Shown piece by piece: positions 1 through 11,770 of a stretch of 59,114 nt of DNA (position 1 is its first letter; every line of letters starts with the position of its first letter). The DNA comes from Octopus bimaculoides (lineage: Eukaryota): positions 98,446,550 through 98,505,663 of the forward strand of contig NC_068985.1 in assembly GCF_001194135.2 (NCBI RefSeq), read 5' to 3'. The translations under genes and the position numbers were made by a program. The notes beneath the pieces were generated by a model. That model was not told the origin of the DNA. It did no database searches and saw only the letters and a program-made list of their open reading frames with translations.

Positions 1-357
1 AACCCTAAAACTAACCCTAACTCTAGAATCCGAACTCTAAAATTGTTACACACATAGATACGCACAGCGTAATTTATTATATAAACAATATATGCGTATA
101 AATTACGATTAAACCGGATGAAATAGGTCACAGGGAATAACATTTTTATGACCGCCCAGCAGTAACTCTATTCAGCTGAATAGACGTCAGTGATTGGTTG
201 AAATTACAGAAATACGACAACTTTAACATGGAATAACTTGCGATGTAGGTTTTTTTGTTAAGAAGACTAAGAGTAAAAGATGTTTTATATGACACATTCT
301 ACCAGTGTCCCAAATTTCAAAGTGTTTCATTAAGAAAATACTGGTGCCCCCGTTTCT
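1..357. mobile_element. Dispersed non-autonomous repeat with (aaccct)-like end; possibly Helentron/DINE-type
   Basis: Starts aaccctaaaactaaccctaac. Segment 224-357 recurs inverted at about 47541-47676. The class assignment is an inference. Confidence 0.5.
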
Positions 358-781
358 ATTTTATTTGTAATCTTTATCATCTTAACCAAAGGGCAGGAAA
401 ACAGACAAACTTTGAGTTTTAGCATAATATTGATATATCGCCAGTAGTTCATACAGCCGAAAAAGCATTAGAGCAATAATATATATTTTTTAGAAAGTTA
501 AATGTTATGGTCGGTCATAGAGTAACTATAACATTTAATTTCCCCTCTCTCTCTCTCTTTGTGTGCGCGCGCACGTATGTAAAGAGAATGCAAATGGTGT
601 TTAAAATTTATGATAGCTGCTTCGGCAGAATTTTATTGATGTATTCATAAATTTCATATCATATAACCTGCTTTCTTCAGGGAAAATTTTCAATAGGCAA
701 GTTGTCAAACAGGTAAAATTGCATATACGTAACATGACGAGCGAATGCAATGTAAATTTCAAATGAAGGTTGAAGTTGATT

Positions 782-1270
782 AATAATGCTGGTTTGAGCC
801 AGGCTGCGTGTGCAGACAAAGGAAGGACGAGGAAACCAGGATTAAGTGCGACGATTTATTCAACACGGTAAAGCTGTAGAGATACACCTTGAAGGAACGG
901 TCAGAATATATACACAATGGTTTAACATGCAGTCAATAAATAATGCTGGATTGAGCCAAGCTGCGGGTACAGATAAAGGAAGAACGATGAAACCAGGATT
1001 TAGTGTGACGATTTATTCAACACGGTAAAGCTGTAGAGGAACGGTCAGAATATATACATAATTGTTTAACATGCAGTCAATAAATAATGCTGGTTTGAGC
1101 CAGGCTGCGTGTACAGATAAAGGAAGAACAAAGAAACTAGGATTAAGTGCGATGATTTATTCAACCCGTTAAAAAGCGTAACACGGTAAAGCTGTAGAGA
1201 TACATCTTGGAGGAGCGGTCAGAATATACACATAATGGTTTAACATGCAGTCGGTACATAATAATGATGT
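782..1270. repeat. Three-copy tandem repeat, unit about 157 bp (157/144/177)
   Basis: aataatgctgg(t/a)ttgagcc starts at 782, 939 and 1083. The units share cacggtaaagctgtagag and cggtcagaatata. Confidence 0.92.
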
Positions 1271-1406
1271 ATGCTGGAAAGAACAAGGAAAACAAATACG
1301 AGACATAACTTCTGTTGGAAGGACAGAAACTACGTACGTGTCGAAGGATAACTGTGAAAATAAACGAGTTCACTGCCGAAGATTGGGACTCAGCCACACA
1401 ACTTAC

Positions 1407-1490
1407 CTCACTGAAGAAAATAGCGAGAAAACTCCCTCCCACTATGTAGCTGATGGTGACGCGCTTGGCGGGTCTGTCACGTGATGGGAT
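1407..1490 (-). promoter_or_regulatory. Possible first exon/promoter of a divergent gene running out of the window to the left
   Basis: Minus-strand donor gag|gtaagt (plus-strand acttacctc 1401-1409), CpG-rich surroundings, E-box gtcacgtgat 1476-1485. Confidence 0.3.
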
Positions 1491-1689
1491 GGACAGCCCG
1501 AATAAAGCTAGATGAACTTAACCGTCACATGATGAGCCAAAATGTGGGTAGTTAAATGTAAAGAGCCAAACTGTAAACATGCTTGCTAAAGTACCTAACC
1601 ATTTTTGCGTAATTACCTGTTGATGTGCGTAGGTTTTATGGAGCTCTAACAATTAATGTGCATGTGTCTGTGTGTACATCGTCTTCGTC

Positions 1690-2575
1690 GGCTGTTCGTC
1701 GTTAATTCGACGTTGACTAGTCTTCTTCAGAAATCATCTCTGACAGGATTGCATGTGAACTACAAGTCCTGCTCTTGTTCTGCAACAGCGATGACATCTG
1801 CTGTAAGTGAAGCTACTTGACACGACAGAGAAGAAGCAACACTCATGTGCTCTTTTGTCTTCTCTCTGTTGTTTCTCCTCATTGGCTGGGATCACGAGCT
1901 TTAGTGATAGGCGTCATCCATCGTGTGTAGGGCCATCTCCTCCAAGATATCTGAGGAGATGCCGGAGTTCTTCATATGTCTCTTCAGCATAAACCCTGTA
2001 ACGCAATCTCTGGCTATCACAGCTCCGCCTGTCCTGACGCAGTCCAGCGTTGAAATCTTCCTTTGGGTGCCTGCCGCCCTCCATCCTGCGAATGTGCCAC
2101 GCAGCTATGAAGAGGTAATGAGGGCCTCCACACTGACTGCGCCTACACAGCGCAGGACATCTACATCAGAAATGCGATCCTGCCATCTTTTATACAAGAT
2201 GGAAGGCAGATGTCGAAGTCGGACTCGCGGCAGGGCCTTGATGTACCTGAGGTAGAGGGCCATGCAAGGGTGCATTGCCGCACAGTACACCTTTATCTTC
2301 ATGTTGCAGACTATGTCATAGCAGCTCCACAGACGCTTCTTCAACGAATCAAAAGCCTTTGTGGCAGACTGTATTTGCCTCTGAACTTCGAGGTCAGAAG
2401 AGTTGGTACTACTTACAGCACCGCCGAGATAGGTAAAGGCCTCAGTGTACTTTAGAGGGCTCTCCGTGTACTCTCACTGGCTCAGGCTTTCTCGATCTTT
2501 ATGACATCTTGGTGGGTGAGGAGACTGGTAGAGCAGCTGAGTTTTTGAAATGTTGATCTCGAGATCAAATATCTC
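1690..2575 (-). mobile_element. RTE-clade LINE, degenerate 3' fragment (end of RT and C-terminus)
   Basis: Minus translation gives EAFTYLGGAVSSTNSSDLEVQRQIQSATKAFDSLKKRLW..MKIKVY and LYKRWQDRISDVDVL, matching the RTE pattern FTYLGS...AFGRL..W..TKIKVY...WQD.I.D.EVL. Confidence 0.85.
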
Positions 2576-2640
2576 CTATTCTATTCTTAGTCATGTTAAA
2601 AGTCAACATCTTGGTTTAATATTAGTTTAAAATTTTGACA

Positions 2641-3070
2641 CTAGGCCAGCAATTTCGGGGGAGAGGGCAAGTCATTTACATCGTGACCAGCACTCAGCTG
2701 GTGCTTATTTTATCGATCTCGAAAAGATGAAAGGCAAAGTGGACCTCGACGACATTTGAATTCAGAACGTAAAGTTGGAAGAAATAACACTAAGCATTTT
2801 GGCCAGCGTAGTGACGATTCTTATTTCTTTATTGCCAGCAAGGGGCTAAACATAGAGGGGACAAACAAGGACAGACAAAGGGATTAAGTCGATTACAACG
2901 ACCCCAGTACTCAACTGGTACTTAATTTATCGACCCCGAAAGGATGAAAGGCAAAGTCGACCTCGGCGAAATTTGAACTCAGAACGTTACGGCAGACGAA
3001 ATACCGTTTAGTATTTCGCCCGGCGTGCTAACGATTCTACCAACTCGTAGTAACGATTCAGCCAGACCTT
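2641..3070 (-). mobile_element. Nested tRNA-derived SINEs (family A): younger copy 2821-3047 inside the head of an older copy
   Basis: Both carry the core gcctttcatcctttcggggtcgataaa. TSD tagt(g/a)acgattc at 2809-2820 and 3048-3059. Confidence 0.88.
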
Positions 3071-4082
3071 GGGTCAGTATTGAAATCATTTCTCCATGCT
3101 TCTCATTTAACGCTCTAAATGTAAGCAAACCTCCTCACTGGCAAGAATAAAGTTTGCAAGAAGGACTTCAGTTTGAACAATTTTCATGATGCTTCATATT
3201 TAGTTGCTTTTATTAAATTCACATGCCTTATTGTATACTCCACGTGCTCCAATCATTATCATCATCGTTTACTGTCCGACGGTATCTAAAATTAAATACA
3301 TTTTCACACCTATATATAATCTAGATATCACTTAGTAGAATCAATTTTGCACAAACAAGCAATCGTCTGGTTGACCGTCGTTAACTTTACAGCTCGTGAA
3401 ATAATTACTTTCGTACGTTTATTACTTAGTCATATGATACACACTATTACTCAAACAAGCTGTCACGAATTCCCTAAATTCGACACTCACACACATTACC
3501 ATACAAACCTATTACGCACAAAGACTTCCTTATACAAACCAACGCAACCTTAATGTCGGGCAACGCATTGAATCTAACAAATTATGCATTTGTCTAACAA
3601 ACAAACCTAACCCTTTACAAGTTTACTTAAAATGTCCGTCATTGCAAGAAAAAAAAAAAAATGCACGATCTCGGGGACATAACTCTGTAAAGAAAGATGT
3701 GTGTTATGGCTCTTCGACTGCTTTCGTTTCTTCATATTTTTCTCATACTTTCTGACCATTTATCGTTCTAAATAAAGTTGTCTTTGTTCATGCTTAGACA
3801 ATTTTGCTTTGTTTGCCTCAAGAGTTTAAGCAAACGAAATTGTACCTTATTAGAGTTTAGATGTAAGTGTAGTATGAAACTTACCTGTAATTTTAATGGC
3901 TTTATTTGTTCTATATGTTTAAACGTTCATCATGTAATATACAACACACACACACACATTTGTTTCCATATACGTACACACACACACACACATACGCATA
4001 CAAACCAATTTTTCTGAGCATCAACCAAATACACCTTGTTCATTTTTATCTCATTTCATGTTGTTTTTTGTTTTTTTTTACC

Positions 4083-4133
<51 letters not shown>

Positions 4134-5550
4134 CAAAGTATGGGAGTTTAGTTCACAGGTGATCTAAACAATTAGATACGCTAGGTAAGTGCTGTAGATT
4201 TCCGAAATTTTAATGCTGACTACAGCAAAGGCAAGCAAGACGAACTAGTTACAGAATTCATCTGTACTTGGCGGTAGTGTGTAACCCGGTACAGTATTTG
4301 GTTCTAGTGGGGTGGCAGATGTTTGCAATTATTTTTGTGTGTTTTTACGTTTATTCAGGCAGAGCTGGAGAAATATTGTTTTTAGGATGTTATTAGACTT
4401 GTAATCTAATGTACTGTGTATATGTCTGAGTATTTCAGAGTGATTTTTCATATAGTGACAAGGACTCTAACAGCAGCTGAAGGCATATGCGACAACAAAC
4501 TATGCTTTCGCCTATCTTGGTACTCTTTCGTTACTTCACATTGACATTTACTTAACTTTAGAAGTGTTATAATTTTACCCAACTTCTAAAATCTGGGTTA
4601 TTGACAATTTTAGTATAAGTAATTTCAAAGATCGGTAACAGCAGTAATTCCTTCAAGCTCTAGATGTAACTTGTTCGTAATTTTGTTTGACCAGCGGTCA
4701 TTTGAGTTTAGATTAATTTTGCCGTTTGATTGTCTGAAATAAAGAAGTCAAAGTTGTGGTCTGATGGGAAGTCCACCACACAAAGTCCATCACAAGGTCC
4801 ACGCCTTTTCACAGTGTGCAGCGGAGCGCAAGCTACTGGCAGGCCTCTCATGCTAAACAGGTCAAAGGATTGGGGCCAAACTATTATGGACCACCTCTTG
4901 CCAGAGGTAAAAATAGGTTTGCGTAGGGCCAAGAGCCGTACCGAGGGAAAATAAGTTACAGAGACATTAAAGTTCTTTCAAAACAAACAAGACCTGGGAG
5001 AGGAAGGCCCTCCCATTTATTTGACGCGATTCAGTAAAATGAGAAAGGCAGAGCTGAAAAATCAGGGACCCAGCTAAAGAAATGTAGAAAAGACAGTCCA
5101 GAGTAAAGAATACGGGAGAAAAGTCATGTTCCACAGGAGCGAAAGGCTTGAGGAGATAGGAAGTGCACTTTCTTTGCGTTTCCTTTGAGGCGGGGGTGGC
5201 GGAAGCTTTTCTGGCTGATTTTCAAGAAAGGTTTGGTAGCGGGCATTGCTTCATGTCAAATTGCGGATGTATTATTTAATGTTGTTGTTGGAATGTAAAT
5301 AAGAGGAGTGACGGTTTTTATTGTCTTTCCAAGTAGGAAGACGGTCGTCTATCACATAGAACCGTCTTAAAGCAATGGTGTGGAAACTCTAATATTGTTG
5401 AGGATGGTTGAGAGTTGGTGTCGATGAGTACATATCATTTGCGTGTCATGGCCGCGTGTTCGCTCCTCGTTATAGTATTATTTCGTGTCATGTTGAAGGT
5501 AGCTTCTTCGGAGAACATGTTACCTGCTACAATATGCTTCTGAGTACATA

Positions 5551-5900
5551 TCGACAGAGGGTTCCAGTTGATCCAATCAACGGAACAGCCTGCTCGTGAA
5601 ATTAACGTGCAAGTGGCTGAGCACTCCACAGACACGTGTACCCTTAACATAGTTCTCGGGGGAGATTCAGCGTGACAAGGCTGGCCCTTTGAACTACAGG
5701 TACAACAGAAACAGGAAGAAAGAGTGAGAGAAAGTTGTGGTGAAAGAGTACAGCAGGGTTCGTCACCAACCCCTGCCGGAGCCTCGTGGAGCTTTAGGTG
5801 TTTTCGCTCAATAAACACTCACAATGCCCGGCCTGGGAATCGAAACCGTGATCCTATGACCGCGAGTCCGCTGCCCTAACCACTGGGCCATTGTGCCTCC
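5551..5900 (-). mobile_element. tRNA-derived SINE (family C, head ggaggcacaatggcccagtggttaggg)
   Basis: A-box tggcccagtgg and B-box ggtttcgattcc. A diverged copy lies at about 47090-47385. Confidence 0.85.
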
Positions 5901-6059
5901 ACCAAGCAACCCATAATGTCATTGAAATTGCCATGCTGCTTTTTTAAAATCCAACAAGTATCTTTGCTATATCAAAAAAAAAAAAAAAAATTGTTGGGAG
6001 TTTTCCTAGCCTGAATAATTATCTGCATGTGTTGCTACAGGGTCATGTTTGGATATGAC

Positions 6060-6292
6060 CTGGCGGATTATGCGACTTCAGCAAGTCTCGGTTTCCTTCC
6101 GTAAACCGAGTCAGTGACGTCGAATTAAATTGGTTCTTCCTTTTGTCTCTCCTAATTTTATTTCGATGACATTGAATCACGTGACGACTGACGCAGGTTT
6201 AAATTCGGAGATTGCTTCGTCAACGTTTATTCAGTCTGAGATTGTTCGATATTCAAACAACTTATCGCAAAGTTTGAGAGCCTGCATTTTGG
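6060..6292 (+). promoter_or_regulatory. Candidate promoter and first non-coding exon of the desulfurase-like gene
   Basis: Locally CpG-rich. CRE-like tgacgtc near 6115, E-box atcacgtgac 6176-6185, donor gg|gtgagt at 6293. Confidence 0.5.
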
Positions 6293-6460
6293 GTGAGTTC
6301 TCGGCATTGTTTTTACTGTCCTGTAGAATAAAGCTCTTTTCTTTTTTGTTCTTTGTGTGGAAAACATATCAGTTTGTCTTTAATATCATGTTTTATGACC
6401 ATTTGTATAACTTTCGTTGTACATTTAGCTGTTAGTTTGTTTTAATTATTTTTGTTGCAG

Positions 6461-6595
6461 GAATTTGCAGTGATATTATGTAAAAAAATTTTAAGTGTCA
6501 TTACTTATCTTGCGATACTTTTGACATTATTGAAGAATCTCGAACGAATACACATACACTTGCTCGAGAACAAAATCTACTGAGGGGGTGCAAAC
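6461..6595 (+). other. Candidate 5'-UTR exon
   Basis: Acceptor tttttgttgcag (6460) and donor aac|gtaggt (6596). The only ATG is immediately followed by TAA. Confidence 0.4.
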
Positions 6596-7356
6596 GTAGG
6601 TTTTTTTTTTTTTTTTGCAAACCAGGCTTTGTTTTTTCCTTCGAGAAGAAACCCAACTTCACGCTACTTTTTACAGATCACTTTTTACGCCTTGTTTTCC
6701 AAACATAAATTAGAGAGGGGCGGGAAAAATAAGCCTGTAAGAACATGCTCGGCACTTCAAACAATCTCTAAACCATTTTGAAATAGAATTAGTATTTTAT
6801 TGCATCATTTTCTAGAAATGTGAAATTCTTTCGTTAATCTTTTTTGTTTTGTTTAGAAAAGCTTAAATTGCAATTGTAAACGAAATACATTTATATCCCA
6901 TTTCAGTCGAAAACCTGTTTTTAACATTTTTATACAAATTCTAAGATGTCCTAAAAATCATTTTTGTAAAATTGAAAAATGATGCTACTTGACAGAAGAA
7001 ACCAGAGGCACACTTTCGTCTCTGACTCTGCAAAACTGAGCAAAACGATTGGAATATAACAAAGATTGCAGAGGTAAAACATCTCTCGCAACAACGTTCC
7101 TGGATATCTTATTTTAACAGGTTGAAACTTGACCATTAACAAATTGGATTTCTTCTACGTAGTCCACCGGAATTCCTGTCTTTGCATGCATAGGGTGACA
7201 CACTCTTAATGAATTCTTAACGAGAGTTTGACTCGTCCGCTAGAGTAAATTTGGTTTAGTTGGTTTGCCAATTGAGGTTAGAGCTGCGTGCCGAGTGGAA
7301 GCCAATGGTGTAAGAGCTGCTCTGAAGAGTAAATTTTTTAGAGTCAACTACAAAAG

Positions 7357-7461
7357 GTATCGGCCTTCCTTGGTCCCTCCCTCACCCGATTACGAAAGTT
7401 AAGCAACGTCGAACCTAGTACTTGGATGGCCGCTCGCTTTAAAAACTTAGATGCCACAGGG
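7357..7461 (+). pseudogene. Degenerate 5S rRNA-derived sequence (pseudogene or SINE3-type head)
   Basis: 7381-7429 ctcacccgattacgaaagttaagcaacgtcgaacctagtacttggatgg matches the invertebrate 5S internal control region (box A to box C) with a short deletion. The flanks are diverged. Confidence 0.75.
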
Positions 7462-8451
7462 CCGTCTAATGAGCTTCACTTTTCAACCATGTGGTCCCGG
7501 GTTCGGTCCAACTCTGAGACGTCTTGAACAAATATCGGTTTCTTTATATGTCGGGTCACCCTATATATTGTAAAATAGGGTGGGCGAAACTGTAATACCC
7601 AGGTAGTTTGATTGTACTCGCAATTCAACAATTAGATTTCTAACACACTGAGTCATTCTGATTCTGTCTGAGAATTCTGTTAGGGATACAAATATCAGTG
7701 GAATATTCAGCCACTTAGGGTAATTCATTTGATCTAATAACTGAATCCTCATCGTCAAATGACGGAGATTCACCTCGACTTGTTATACAGAAGCTCGTTT
7801 TGCAGCCATGTAGTTTCGTGTTCAGTCCCTTGTAGTGCTATTTGGTATCTCTGTAGTAGTGCTCATGTCTCCTACAATAGTTTCGGATTGACCAATGACT
7901 TGTAAGTGAACTTAGCGAACGAAAATTGGAACCCCGTTGTATGTACACGTATATCTTTATATGCATGTGTATGTAGTTGCCTTCCCTACACCGCTTGGCA
8001 ATCGTTGCTGATTTGTTTACGTTCGGGCTTGGCAAAACAAAACGATAGAATTACTAGACTAAAAAAAAAAAAAACTACTTGGGTCAATTTGTCCGACTAA
8101 AACCCCTCTAGGTAGTGTCCCAGCATGGTAGCAGTTTGACTGAAACTGTGTGTGTGTGTGTGTGTGTGTGGTCGGTCTAATTCGCTCGCGCGCAAAAATG
8201 CATATGCGTGTGTAAATGCTACCATCTCACCCACCACTTTCAGACATACTTATGTTTTTGTTTGTTCTGTAACACCGGCATTGACATTTGTTCGTCATGT
8301 GTTTTCTTCTACAAGTTCCCCTTGCCTTATACATACATACATACATACATACATACATCTTTGCGAAATAGCTGCTGCTTCTGTAGAAACTCAACTTCTA
8401 TAGTCTTTCTCTCCCATCTCTCTTGTCCATTAGCATTTTATCTTTTGACAG

Positions 8452-8522
8452 GACCACAAGTTGTTTAGGATAGTTCTTTTCTACTTCGGAGCGCTACTAA
8501 AAGCGCCTTTGCATTTAACAAC
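8452..8522 (+). other. Candidate 5'-UTR exon
   Basis: Acceptor ttttatcttttgacag and donor aac|gtaagt. No ATG; if joined to 19312 it places an in-frame TAG upstream of ATG 19351. Confidence 0.45.
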
Positions 8523-10145
8523 GTAAGTTGATAGAATTTTCTCTTTCGATGGATCTGTCGTAAACGTTCTTTTCTTCGTACTTGCGATCATTTTCTTTTT
8601 GATTAATTTTGCTTTTTTAAATTTTTGCTAAAATTTTAGATTTTCACGCTAAATCAAAAATAGATTCGTTGCTACATAGACTTGCGTCAGCCTCCGACTT
8701 CCATAAAAAAAAAATCAAAAAAGATCAATGATATTCACACCTTCTGAAGATATCCATCTCTGTACGTGCAAGCATATACGGACATACATTACATAAAATG
8801 GGTGTGTATGTGCATGCACACATTATTTGTGAGTGAATAATTCAAATAAGTTTTAAATACACTGAAAATTTAAAGTGAACATAATTTTCCATAAGATTTC
8901 AATAGTCGTTAGTTTATTTATGTGGAAAAACATTTTTATTCATTTGGAATGTGTAAAACTAATTGTTTTTTTTCCTACATACTTTTCGTTTACGCACGCA
9001 CGCACGCACGCACGCACACACGCTCACGCACGCACACGCACACTTCAACTTGGTATGCCAAAAGCTAGAACAAATAAGATGTTTTGATATTTAAGCAATT
9101 TTTCCATTTCACCTCTTTGGCAACTGGCATTCGGCGAAATAAGAAAAAAAGGAAACTTGTCCCGTGCCATGGATCGTATTTTCTCAGGTAGTGCAGAGTA
9201 CGTCGTCCTGGAATATATAGCATGTGTATATGTGTGTGTGCCGCCAGGGCGGCCCTTCCGTTTGCCACCCCCTGACCCCACAAAAAAAACATTGCCTACA
9301 GAAGACCCAAAAGTGCCGTCCTCATCTCCACCCTAGCTACGCTAGTGTGTGTGTCAATGCCTCACTATGGCTGCAGGCTTTGGCTGAAACAAGTAAAGTT
9401 TTATATATACAAACACGTATACGTGCGTACACACATATATGGAAGAGGGCGCATAACCTAGTGGTGAGGGTGTTGCGATCGCGAGATTGTAGTTTCAGTT
9501 CCTGGACCGGATGGTGCGTTGTGTTCTTGTGCAAAACACATCTCACATGTCCCCCTCAAGAAAAGAAGAGCACCCTTCTAAATAATGTTATCATACCTTT
9601 TTCTCTGAGAATTGTATTTCCTCCTGACGTTGTACCTTCTCTTCAAAAAATTCCTAGGACCACACCTGACCACATTTGCAGAAAACTGTAATTAGCAATC
9701 GCCTCTTGAATGCTGATATAGGTCAATGGCTAAAAAGTGGTCATCTAAGGGAGATGACATGGGTTTTAAAACCAACTTTTTCTTGTTTTAACTGCTTTTT
9801 TACATTTTCATTTATATTCTTTATTTGCAGCAGAAGCAATATTAGTTCAAAATAGCATCCTGTATATTTTCCTTAAAATGGGAATGCTATAGAAAGTCAG
9901 AAAATTGTGATATTCATCTTGAGAAAGCATCTCATATGAAGGCATAGTACTAAAAAGCATGGCAATATATCAGCTGCAGATGAAGTGTCCAGCAGTGGTG
10001 GGGGAATTGCTAAATCAAGATTTATGCGTCTTTGAGCATCATCAGTGACAAGTATCCACTAGACAAATTTAGCCTCTACTAATATAGAAAAACAATGATT
10101 GACAAATCATGTCCGAGAGGTTTTCTTAATATGAATGCCACAGTT

Positions 10146-10362
10146 GAGGCAGCAAACTGGCGGAATCGCTAGCATGCCAGGCAAATATTCTTAGTGACAT
10201 TTTGTCAGTCTTTACGTTCTGAGTTCAAATTCCACTGAAGTCGAATTTGCCTTTCATCCCTTTCGGGGTCAATAAAGTAAGTACCAGTCAAACACTGAAG
10301 TTGATGTAATTGACTAGCCCCTAATCCCTGAAATTGCTAATCTTTTGCCAAAATTTGAAACC
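10146..10362 (+). mobile_element. SINE family A, tail type ii
   Basis: Head gcaaactggcggaatcgctagc, conserved core, tail caaaatttgaaacc. TSD aatatgaat(g/a)cc(a/t)cagtt at 10128-10145 and 10363-10380. Confidence 0.85.
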
Positions 10363-10786
10363 AATATGAATACCTCAGTTTTCCGGCTTTCTACTGTATA
10401 TCACATTAAGATATAGAGAGCACTATTCTGACTTCAAATTACTTCTGCCACTATTTACCCAGCTTGCCAGCTATTTGCAACACCAGTCATTTGTTAATCA
10501 CTGCTTTTCTATATAAGTAGAGGCTGAATTGTTATCTAAGCATGCAACTGTTAATGTATACTTGATGATGCTCAGACACAGAAATTTAGATTTACCTACT
10601 CCACCGCAGCTGATATAATTACATGCTTTTTGATATATGTCTTTGAGATGCTTTCTGACTTTCTGCAATATATCCATGTTAAGATTTACAGAATATTTTA
10701 TATATGTTTGCATAGAAATGTTGGTATGTGAAACAAGAGCATCTCTCAGAGTTAAGAAATTATCAATTCTTCTATTTGTTTCTACT

Positions 10787-10982
10787 CTAGGCACAAGGCC
10801 CAAAATTTTTTGGGAGGGGGCCAGTCGATTAGATCGACCCCAGAATGCGATTGGTAATTAATTTATCAATGATAAAAGGCAAAGTTGACCTCGGTAGAAT
10901 TTGAACTCAGAACGTAAAGACAGATGAAATACTGCTAAACAGTTCGTCAAGTGTGCTAACGTTTCTGCTAGCTAGCGACCTT
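10787..10982 (-). mobile_element. SINE family A copy
   Basis: aaaggcaaagttgacctcggtagaatttgaactcagaacgt core and head complement. Confidence 0.8.
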
Positions 10983-11544
10983 ATCAATTCTTGTATTGTA
11001 ATAATTTGTTTTTCATTTCCTTCCATTAAAATTCCTTTTGTTCCATTCTCTTTCAGTAACCAATTCAGAAACAGACTAATAATGGCCAATGCAAAGGTAA
11101 AGCTTGATCTTTTATTTTAAAATGACTTTTATTCTTACAACTATTTTTTGTATCTGTTAAATTTAAGAGATTTTAAGTTCCAGAAAATTGCATGCTATTT
11201 TTAAAGTATTTCTATGTTTTAAAGAAATTTCTATAATATTATGTAACAAACCTTTTAATTATAATTAGACTCAAAATTGTGCTTAATCAGATGCATGTTG
11301 ACTGTTTTTACTTTTTCACCAATACTTGTAAACGTACATTGATGCTAGTATATTTAGTTGCGAGCTCCCTATTCCTATTCAAATCTTTCTCCCCAAGGAA
11401 TCTCGCCTGACTTTTCTGAAGTAGTAAATTGTCCCCTAACATCCTGAAAATGGAAGGGTAGATTCCATTATGTAGTAATAGATATGTAACACTGAAGAAA
11501 CTCTGAAAGGTTCATGGCTTCATTATATCTTTAATAAACACAAA

Positions 11545-11770
11545 CATGTCTGTGCGGTAAGAAGTTTGTCACCCAGTCACATGGTTTCAGGTTCAGTCCT
11601 ACTGCATGGCACCTTGTGCAAGTGCCTTCTATAGATCTAGATCAACCAAAGCCTTGTGAATGGATTTGATTGGAAACTGCAGTAAAGCCTATCATTCATT
11701 CATGTGTGCATATATGTTTGATCCCCTTGTCTTGATGTCACATGAATGTTGTAAATGAATGACCTTCATG
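11545..11770 (+). mobile_element. SINE family B (head gctgtgtggtaag..), degenerate
   Basis: gcggtaagaagtttg..catggtttcaggttcagtcctactgcatggcaccttgtgcaagtg. Confidence 0.7.

Noticed and set aside
1-40. Telomere-like aaccct repeats
   Set aside because: Only two or three imperfect units, and the adjacent sequence belongs to a dispersed repeat found again at 47.5 kb.
4180-4195. Isolated strong donor ag|gtaagt (and minus-strand acttacctg near 3880)
   Set aside because: No supporting acceptor or reading frame; such short motifs arise by chance.
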